The translations under genes were made by a program, and so were the position numbers. From positions 1-32,380 of the forward strand of contig JAAPAO010000403.1 in assembly GCA_013115145.1 (NCBI GenBank): DNA of 32,380 nucleotides, written 5' to 3'. The notes under the pieces are model-generated. The model saw only the letters and a list, made by a program, of their open reading frames with translations. It made no database searches and was not told where the DNA came from. This document shows positions 23,901 through 32,380 of this stretch, in pieces. Numbering within the stretch: position 1 is the stretch's first letter; every line of letters begins with the position of its first letter. The DNA comes from Perkinsus chesapeaki ATCC PRA-425 (lineage: Eukaryota; Protista; Perkinsozoa).

Positions 23901-26867
23901 ACTTTAGGCCACAACCCTATGGAGAGCACACCGCACATAGAAAAAGTGTATCAAGTACAAGTCGAATAACACTAAAAGAGCATGTGCCCAGGTCCACCAG
24001 GGAGGCTCCCTCTGCATTGGAGACCATCTCTAACAACATGCATAAGGGCGGACACTTTCCGATCTCCGTAGAACACATTTACTGTTGACCCACCGTCAAG
24101 CCAAGCAATGAGTAAATATGTAAAGTAATGACAGTACAAGTATATAAGCAATAAATTAAGTTAATACAGCAACTTCCAAAATATTATCCGTCATCCCAAA
24201 CACCTACCGTTCCTCTTTCTCCCTCTGTTCCTTGTCAGCCTTACGGCGTGCCTCCTGCTCATCATACTGGAAACGGCCCATCACTCGATCCACTATACTC
24301 GACTTATCCCTGAAATTACCAAAGCCAAATCAACCATTATTCCCCTACTCTTCTCTCATATGACATAAATGCTGTAACTTCAAAATCTGTTCTAACTAAT
24401 TCACTTTATACATTTTTCCTCTTCATAATTGGAAATCTCATTAAGAGGCAATCTCCTTATTAACCTATTTCACAGGTTCATATTCCGTACTAAATATCTT
24501 CACTTATAAAAGACCTTATGTTCCTCCGCGAAAGCAGTCCACACTAGATTAATAAAAACTAACACCCGATACCTTCACTCACAAAAAAAATTCTTTTTCG
24601 TGCGCCGTTCTGTCTGGAGTGAAATCTTGCAGTAAAATATCTGCCACGCAATTCTGTCATTGAATTGACACAAAATTAACCGAAATAAAGTATCCCTTTC
24701 CCAACTCCCCCGACAACATATAGCTGCCGGCGAGCACACCCCGAGACCGCCGTCTCACTTTGCGTAAGATTTGATCCTCTCAAGATCATCTGGCGGAGGT
24801 AACAGCGCCCTCGTATAGCTGTCAACCAAGGCTTGGAAATAACCGAATAAAGGATGATTTGGCTTCACAAAGTCGAACTGTGGATTACGGCTCTCTCGCG
24901 CTGCCAGGCCCTGATCGAACAAACAATCCACAAAGCACGTCATAGAAAATAACAATGAGCCGATACCAGCTACAAGAGGAAGGGAGGAAGGTGCTAAAGC
25001 TCCTTCAGCTCTTGGAGAGGTAGCCATTCTTGAGCTCTATTCCAGTTGATAAGAGTTCTGGAATAAGTTGAGCAATTCAATTAATGCCGCGATGAATTTT
25101 ATTTCGTATTCACTTGTAACTTCGGTTAAAACGAAAGACCTGTCGACAGGTCCTGTCACACGGGCAAATGGCCGTTCACCTGTCTTGAACATCTTGAACA
25201 TGTTCAACTTTCTCAGCCGTTTAACATCGCTGTCGGTTAAAATGAAACATATTCGAGAATGCTATAATTATATACAACGTCTCCCCCTGCCTCCGTATCT
25301 CTCACCTGTAGGAACCTATTACCGTTCTTCGCGGTGAACTGTGCCGTTATCTTTATAATATCCATATCGATCGGAGCAATAAAAGGATGCTCAACCGAAT
25401 ACACATCCGGTGGTGGAGGTTTAACTTCCCTTGCCAGACCGTCAGTAAGCATCTTACGCTCTTCACGCTTGCGCCGTTTTTCCTCCTAAAAGCATCGACG
25501 ACAACTATGTAATCAGCCATACCGACTTTCCCAACTGGATCGATATTTCTTCAAGATTGACTGATTGTGACAAATCACATCCAGCAAATTCCCTATCAAA
25601 CAGCAGCCTGATCCGCCTCACGGGACAGGTGTAGCAAACCTTAACATCACCACAACTCCCCCTCAGCTTTCATTACTTCACCACAACTAACTATTGGAGA
25701 AGTCCATAAGACCGTCTCTGTGTGCTGCTGCTGCCCACCTCCTTCACAATATTACCTCCTTCTTTTTATAGTCTTCAAGCTCCTTCGGCATCGCCGGGCC
25801 TGACTCCCCTTGAACACCTTCCCTCAATTCCTGTACTCGATGCTCATAATATCTATAACACACTCGTGAACAGAAGACATCTCAACTAGCTATTAACCAA
25901 GTTGACCTATGACAACTCTTCGAGGAATATAGTCTCGCCCATAGATTGCTCATCTAAAACGTATTCCTCGTGAATGTCCTATAAATATTGATATGATACT
26001 AGATCGAAAAGATGCATCAATTCCATGCCTGCCGAGAATCTGGTGCTCCTGCATGTCGAATACATAAAGGCCTTTCATGAGGCCCCATGATGACTAACAA
26101 AAGACCTATAATCCATATACAGACACTACACCGCTACCCGATCAAATATAAGGTTATGACAATCAATTTGAAGAGGGGTCCTGGATAGGATTTTGGATTT
26201 AAAACTAGATGTAGATAGATACAGACAACCTATGGAAGGCCGAAAGGGGGGTGACAACTATGTGCTACTATGAGGAGCGGGACATCACAGCAGAGGAAAC
26301 CAAAAGCTCAACAGCCCACGGGGCATCATTGATGAAGCAGCTACTAACACTTTTAATGGTATATCTTTATAAATTAGCAATACCTATTCCTATCTTGACC
26401 ACCATAATAATATTAGGAATTATTAGTAGTCACCAATATCTATCTGATGCATTTACTATTTACTCCATATACAATACACTACACAGACATCTTATGTTGC
26501 CTATTCCGACTATTATTATTATTATTATTGAATATCTTAATGCTATTCATTTACATTACAAGTAAAAGATATCTCTTTAATTCATTATTGAGTCAATAAA
26601 GTCAATAATTTAGATCAATCCTCAGTCAGGTTTACATTACTAACTCAATTCTATCAAAACTATACCTATATAAGGCATATTTCTCCTCCTCCACATTACC
26701 ACCATCTATTACTTCCTATATGGATTCCCCGGCGTAAGGAAGGCGAACTTCGCCTGTTTAGCCTGCTGTACCATAACCCTCCTCTCAAACTCATCACCAT
26801 GCTTAGCCACAAACTCCGCTGTCTTATCAACAACGGATTTGATGTCCGCCGGCGGGTAGATGAGCAT
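20989..26867 (-). CDS. SF3A1: Splicing factor 3A subunit 1 (SF3a120/Prp21), multi-exon
   Basis: SURP1 reads LIYPPADIKSVVDKTAEFVAKHGDEFE...KFAFLTPGNPY (26867-26713). SURP2 reads IAPIDMDIIKITAQFTAKNGNRFL / RNPQFDFVKPNHPLFGYFQALVDSY. Then come MAAVDWHSFVVVETIDF (Prp21-like domain), VKCPITGQMIRASELSEHLRVVLLDPKWKEQ and IESNLASFIIKRPDLFG. A Pro-rich tail ends PPAEKKAKK with the stop at 20989-20991. A more upstream first exon is possible. Confidence 0.95.
21654..22049. repeat. 23-bp AT-rich tandem repeat in an SF3A1 intron, interrupted by two N runs
   Basis: Unit aataataaagtagcttactaatt, with a shorter variant ending ...ttactg. N runs are at 21744-21840 and 21854-21951, so the true copy number is unknown. 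Confidence 0.95.
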
Positions 26868-27554
26868 TGTGTCATCTGTCCCTCGAGCTCCGGGTCGCCC
26901 TACCCAATAACAGTGTTAGTTGACCAGGGTGAAATTTACCAATAATGATAAAGCAAGCTGTAAAATGACGCTACCAGCGAGACCAAGGAAGTATTTTTCC
27001 CGAAATTTCCACTAAATGGTTTGAAGCTGAGCGATTTGGTCTCCCCAGCAAGATGGGACGCACAATTTCTCAAAGTACAGATTATAATGAAGCTTGTGCA
27101 GATACCCCAAAAAAGCTCCTGTCTACAACGAGACGAGTAATGGCTACTACATGGAATGCAGCGCCGGTAGCATGAACTGTGTACGATAGGGTGTCCAAAA
27201 TTCTGTCGCTTACTCAAGAATACCACTCGATTCCACAGGTCTTAGGGACCTCGAAAATGCATTTCCTAAATTAGTGTATCAATCCGCGCACTATAATAAC
27301 AGCGGCGGATTGACAGATACAGAGGTAACTCCGATCTGTGTATATCGGAGCCTATGGAAACACATGAAGCACTAAGTTCTCATTAACACTGTAATCTTTG
27401 TTAATAGGTGAATAAATGCCACATGCCGTGGAGTAGACCATCCCTTTTATTACCTCTAGCCATCTCCATAGCAGCCATAGCGGCCGACTGAACAGCTGCA
27501 GATGACATTATTAAAGGAAGCTGATGATAAGGGCAATAATATACTTTCAAATGA

Positions 27555-27916
27555 ATATACGGGATGGACTATAAGGCTGTATACAGTATTAATATACGAT
27601 ATGGACTATAAGGCTATATACAGTATTAATATACGGTATGGACTATAAGGCTTTATACAGTATTAATATACGGTATGGACTATAAGTCTTTATACAGTAT
27701 TAATATACGGTATGGACTATAAGTCATTTNNNNNNNNNNNNNNNNNNNNNNNNNNNNNNNNNNNNNNNNNNNNNNNNNNNNNNNNNNNNNNNNNNNNNNN
27801 NNNNNNNNNNNNNNNNNNNNNTTCTTTATACAGTATTAATATACGGTATGGACTATAAGTCTTTATACAGTATTAATATACGGTATGGACTATAAGTCTT
27901 TATACAGTATTAATAT
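27555..27916. repeat. 37-bp tandem repeat upstream of SF3A1, interrupted by an N run
   Basis: Unit atatacggtatggactataag(t/g)ctttatacagtatta; copies start at 27555, 27592, 27629, 27666, 27703 (partial), 27839 and 27876. The N run is at 27730-27821. Confidence 0.95.
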
Positions 27917-28787
27917 CAGATAATTATTCAACACACCATAGTAAATCTAATATACCTAACAGCATACAATATTTGCTTCGATGAGTGGGGAAGCTATATC
28001 ACATACATTACGACCATTACGGCAGACACGGTGTTAAGTCAAATAAGACAAGAACCTTGCCTCAATGACAGCGTGGTATGCACTATGATACATTCCTTAC
28101 TAAATACAGCAGTATAATAAAAATGCAAACGATCGCTTTCCAGTATTAATGCCTTTCACTCCAACAATTATTCATCTTTTGACGTGGTAATATCAACCTT
28201 GAAAATATCTTTGAGATCCTAAATAATAACTTCACGGTAAACCCCTCAACAAGAACACGCGGTACTGAAGTACTTCTACGGAGTAATGCACCGCCAGACC
28301 TGAAAACAAAGGGAATGCCAGTAATATAACGCAAACTATGTGGCTTAGCGTCATGCTTAACAAAATAAGACACCGTATCAAATAAACATGTTGACAATAG
28401 GTCTGTATGCTGTGATCAATATGATCTATATATGATATCAGCGCTTCTTCTTCAAGCTACCTTACTTGACCTCAACTTTTCAATGTGGATAATCTCCACT
28501 GGAGATATAGTATATGCTTACTAATTAAACCTGCTTCTGAAAGAAATGAAAAGCAACATCAAAATCGTTCCTTCTGGGATCATTAACTGTCCCTTGATGA
28601 GTCCTGTACAATACAAGTTGATGATTTGTAATATGATGAATCGTATGTAGATATACTGCCTGGTGAAAAAAGTAGTCACAAGAGTACAGTATCCATTACC
28701 ATAACATACCCCTACAGTACGTTCAAGGTTATAATTTGCCCACTGTAACGCATCCAACTGCATAATATTCAACATAAGGAAACATCG

Positions 28788-30881
28788 TCAGACAGTAATG
28801 TCGGCAACAATAGGATTAAACACCGAGAGGAACTCATCCTTACTCAAACGCAGCTTAAGGTCTACATGACCCCCACCTGAAAAGGAGACGACACGTCTAA
28901 CGTTGCAATAGCCATGCCAGCCAAGATAAGATATATGTTACACGTTCGAAGAGATCAGGTTACCTAGCCAGAAGTCTTCATAGGGCAAATCATCAATTAT
29001 TCTATCAGAAATAATAATGGGCATTTCAGTAGTCATTCCGACGCAAGTAACAGCGTTATGTGTGAACCTGAAAAGCCGGACTTAAGCACCTATAAATATC
29101 TTGTACGCCGCTCAAGGGCTTGCATTGGGCCCGGTGCAGTTGACTTATATATTATTAATGCTCGAGCGTAATTTGCTCAGTTGGAAGATGTCACTAATTT
29201 CCTTCCGGCAAGTAGCCTTGAAACTTCATGAAAAAACCATAAAAAGTTTCATCTATTGGAGAGTATATTCTCATTCACTATTCTCACAGTCAACATCGGA
29301 TGTAACAACATTTCACTCGGCCCAGTGCACGGGTCAGCAGCGATAGAACTGATGACTTAAACGAAGAACAATTTCCGATCCATATCCTAGACGATCCGTT
29401 GAAGAAGCGAAATAGCTTTACTCAGCGAGTTCAGCTTATCATTTGACACCCCACTGTCCAAGATATCCCACAAGCCCTTCGAAAAGGGCCCTGCCACTCT
29501 TGTAAGGTTCCTAATGAGCCTATTAGAATGTTATACAACCACCAAGTATCCCCGAACAACAATAAGTGACCAATTATAGCAACAGTGGTGTTTTCATTCT
29601 ACCCCCCTTCGTTTTGATAACAGAACGATCGGATGTAGTTTGTGAGAATTCCGTGGTTGAAACTCAATTTTCTCATTGACAAGTTCTCGACAAGCCGCGC
29701 TTTTACGCACCATACATCACATTCTCGAGAATCTATTATGGTCACATTTTCGAAAGTCTATTAACCTTACATTTCCGATACCCTTTTAATATTACATTTC
29801 CGAAAATCTATTAACATTTCCCCATCATTACTACCCAGAAAGCCTCTGTGATACCTCCGGCTCGACCATTCGCATGTTGAAAGCTTTCCTTCCTGCCGCT
29901 GGAAGCCCCATGCGCTCAGTCTCGATCCGGCGAACGGCAAAACCCTGATCACTAAATCAAAACCCATAAATGAATAAACAACTTTACAAGCTTTTCCTTG
30001 TGTAGTTTTTGGCCGTATTGAACCACCACAGCGACATATCTTAGCCTTTTGCTTGCATCTTCCTCACTGAGATGATTCAACTTTACATTCTCCATTATCA
30101 TAGTTTTACATAGCTGCTCTGTCGATGCGATCTGTAACACCTAAAGTGATGTAATCGGATGATTTGGGACTCACCTTTAACACTTCAACTGGCCAAAAAC
30201 TGCATACTGTGGTTTAGAATACTCGCATAATACCGAACATTTTTAACTCGGAGATAGAAAAAGCTTCACTTTTATTTTTAAGCAGTGAATTCAGACCACA
30301 TATGAAGTTCGCTGGGTCCCTGATTCGAGCACTTTTATAGCACATTTATGTACAGATATGCCATGTAAAAACCTTAGTATGCTCAACTAGGTACATCCGC
30401 TATTGATAAATTTTATATGGCAAGTTTTATCAAGATTTTCTATGATAAAATTCATCAAGATAAATCTTATTCAACCTTAAGGTTTCTGTAACGACGGAGA
30501 GTCTCGAAAACCAGCAAGCAACGGGACGGTACCAACTTTGCAAGGCCAACAAACATGCTCTAAGATTTGTGAACCGCACAGTGAGCTCTCGGTTACCAAC
30601 GAGAACAGCCCCACTATTACGTTCCTGCGCCACTCGAGGCTTTGATCGTAGAAATCACTAGGGACCTGTTTGAGCTCGAAATCCTTCAGGCCGGCCTCCT
30701 TGCACAGTCCAGTCATCCTGCTCTCTACTGAAGAGATAGCGGAACTGGCTCGCCTCCGACTTGGTGAGGTAATTGTAGGGGACATTCTAGGACAATACCA
30801 AGCGTAAGCGCTTCTTTCGACACAACGACTTTCGAGTCGAAACCTGTCTCACCGACAGCTTCTTAGGCTCTCGTTGGACAT
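28788..30881 (-). CDS. Stand-alone YbaK/ProX (INS-superfamily) aminoacyl-tRNA editing-domain protein, multi-exon
   Basis: Exon peptides: KQVPSDFYDQSLEWRRN; ASTEQLCKTMIMEN...RYVAVVVQYGQKL; RKAFNMRMVEPEVSQRLSG; FTHNAVTCVGMTTEMPIIISDRI...FWLG (from 29067); GGHVDLKLRL...* (stop 28788-28790). These follow the eukaryotic YbaK-like pattern (LCKS/T lysine, GF.HN.VTC.G, GGG..DLKL). The likely first exon is 30853-30881, joined in frame through a 66-nt GT-AG intron (30787-30852). Confidence 0.88.
29717..29816. repeat. Degenerate 25-bp tandem repeat, 4 copies, in an intron of the YbaK-like gene
   Basis: tcacattctcgagaatctattatgg / tcacattttcgaaagtctattaacc / ttacatttccgatacccttttaata / ttacatttccgaaaatctattaaca at 29717, 29742, 29767 and 29792. 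Confidence 0.85.
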
Positions 30882-31415
30882 CTCGAATTCATTTAGCGCT
30901 CGCCCTGAATTCTTTTATAACCAAGCTCTTGCATTTAACTAGTATCTTGAGCTCGTCTAACCACTCGCTCTACTATATCCGATTGCCTCTTCTCGTCTGT
31001 TAGATCCTGAAGATCTATATCTGTATTCGACTAATTAACTACTATGAGATTCTTAGTATTGCTCAGTATAACCATACGCAGATTCTTTATAGTGCGTGAC
31101 AGTATCCTTAATATTATCTCGCCCGCCGTACTGTAACCGTCGCGTATGTTATAGTTGAGTGATTGCTGAGTGGAGATTAAGTAAGAATCTGTTGGTATCA
31201 TTATCATTATCTATTTTACCGACTCGAGTTAAGATCTCCTACAACTGGTTAAATCTAACAGTCGTCTTACAAGCCAAACGGGATGCTGCTTAGATCTGGG
31301 ACGAAATTATCTACTCTCGATCGCTCTGTTTTCTCTCATGGTTCAACAGGTTTAACTCCCGTTACATCGCCTCCGTTTACCGACGCTACACCATCATCTA
31401 GAACAACCCCTAAGT

Positions 31416-31438
31416 TAGGGTTAGGGGCCCTAACCCTA
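31416..31438. repeat. Inverted telomere-like repeat, TAGGGTTAGGG-g-CCCTAACCCTA
   Basis: Perfect 11-bp arms with a 1-nt centre, built from TTAGGG/CCCTAA units. An extra cccctaa lies at about 31407-31413. Confidence 0.8.
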
Positions 31439-31590
31439 GATGTTCTACGGTTTCTTCAATTACTAATCTAAGTCGTCCCGTACATTCTACCGGGATATCC
31501 TTCCGAGCCCCTACTTGCACTAGATCAACCTCTATACCGGATCTCCGTAACGCCGATATCAAGAACCCCTTTACTGTGGCTTTCTCCGAT

Positions 31591-32222
31591 GGGTGTATAA
31601 CGATTGGTACACATAAATTACGTACACATGAAACTCGTACACGGAATTTTTGACTTTTAACTGGTACACCAAATTCCCGTACACTCAAATCTCTGTCGAC
31701 AAAATGTGATACACCACAAATAGGTTCAGGGCCAAGTAGTACACAAAAATTCCGTTCATATCAGTGCCGTACACTAAGATTTGGTTCAGTGTGATTTCGT
31801 ACTCCTCGAACTCGTACACCCGATGGCTCGTACACTTATGCGAATTTTTTTCAGTTCAGTAGGGAGATCACTAATTTGGTAATCCAAAGGTTGAGCGTTC
31901 AATCCCCAGAGGCGACATAACCGGCAAACTTTGTCTGTCCGGCGGAGCAATTAGCACTTCTGGGGAGATCAATATTGAGTCAATGCGACATTGAATTGTG
32001 TAGTCAGATTGCTCTAGACTTTTAGTGTACTGAATGCAAGTGTACCGAGCTTATGGATACGAGATAATAGTGAACGAGGTGGTCGAACTGCCGATGATCT
32101 GGATAGGAGCGAGCGAGCTGACTGTGTACGTGTTTCAAGCAAACGAGTTGAGTATGAACGTGATTTATGGAGATCAAACATTAAGTGTACGTAATTTATG
32201 TGTACCAATCGTTAACATCCCC
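31591..32222. mobile_element. Non-autonomous DNA transposon (MITE-like), 632 bp
   Basis: TIRs at 31591-31627 and 32185-32222 share a perfect 30-bp core, TAACGATTGGTACACATAAATTACGTACAC. The direct repeat CTCCGAT flanks both ends (31584-31590, 32223-32229). There are nine GTACAC motifs on the left and five inverted GTGTAC motifs on the right. No transposase ORF is present. Confidence 0.8.
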
Positions 32223-32380
32223 CTCCGATTGGCGCTTACGCTCTCTGCCATCTAGAACGTCGAGTATGCCGCACTATGGTGCAGCATTTGACTCTAGCGA
32301 TCCACAGCGATCCTATGAGTCGGTCTACTTCTCACCGGTGACCTCTACGCCTGTTATGTCACCTCTATTAGCCCCGTTAT

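Noticed and set aside
25020-25037. gtagccattcttgagctc resembles the perkinsid/dinoflagellate spliced leader; tagccatct also occurs at about 22923 and 27457
   Set aside because: It needs two insertions to align, is on the strand opposite to the host gene and is not at a gene 5' end. This is consistent with chance.
19039-25152. Short palindromes gtgatca-t-tgatcac (19039-19053) and gacctgtc-gacaggtc (25137-25152), plus similar 6-bp-arm cases elsewhere
   Set aside because: Arms of 6-8 bp are expected about 0.5 to 8 times per 32 kb by chance.
26251-26565. 104-aa hydrophobic Ile-rich ORF
   Set aside because: It lies antisense in an AT-rich SF3A1 intron with att/tat microrepeats, which explains the composition.
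21744-27821. N runs of 97, 98 and 92 nt
   Set aside because: These are assembly gaps or masked bases inside tandem arrays, not biological features.
31410-32255. ORFs 31410-31688 (-) and 32034-32255 (+) sharing the peptide SVRNLCVPIV
   Set aside because: The shared peptide is only the translation of the TIR in opposite orientations. Neither ORF has transposase features.
1-32380. rRNA, tRNA, CRISPR arrays, operons or prokaryotic defence systems
   Set aside because: None was recognisable by eye, and the window is spliceosomal-intron-rich eukaryotic DNA. A tRNAscan-SE or Infernal run would be needed to exclude small ncRNAs formally.

Overview
This is eukaryotic, intron-rich genomic DNA, not a prokaryotic window, so the six-frame ORF track mostly shows exon fragments and antisense shadows. 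Many introns are about 40-70 nt with GTAAG/GTGAG/GTATG donors and pyrimidine-rich YAG acceptors, and some are 600-850 nt and AT-rich. The overall style suggests a protist, possibly a perkinsid alveolate (inference, not verified). On the + strand are the 3' part of a full-size ABCA transporter (to 4196) and two unassigned spliced ORF sets (about 5.2-5.8 kb and 6.6-8.9 kb). On the - strand are rotatin (about 9.2-16.1 kb), a TatD-family nuclease with intact metal ligands (16.5-19.9 kb), SF3A1/Prp21 (21.0-26.9 kb, apparently lacking the C-terminal ubiquitin-like domain) and a stand-alone YbaK/ProX-type editing-domain protein (28.8-30.9 kb). Non-coding structure includes four tandem arrays (38, 23, 37 and 25 bp units), three N gaps inside two of those arrays and several palindromes with a 1-nt centre. 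There is also a roughly 21-bp-phased CGGA motif array exactly where the + and - gene blocks converge, an inverted telomere-like repeat, and a 632-bp MITE-like element with TIRs, a 7-bp candidate TSD and 15-bp-phased GTACAC motifs. I see no demonstrable new multi-gene system. The best leads are the MITE-like element, the phased array at the strand-switch point, the TatD intron minisatellite that could be spliced in-frame, and the UBL-less SF3A1. Exon boundaries were read by eye and are approximate unless stated.
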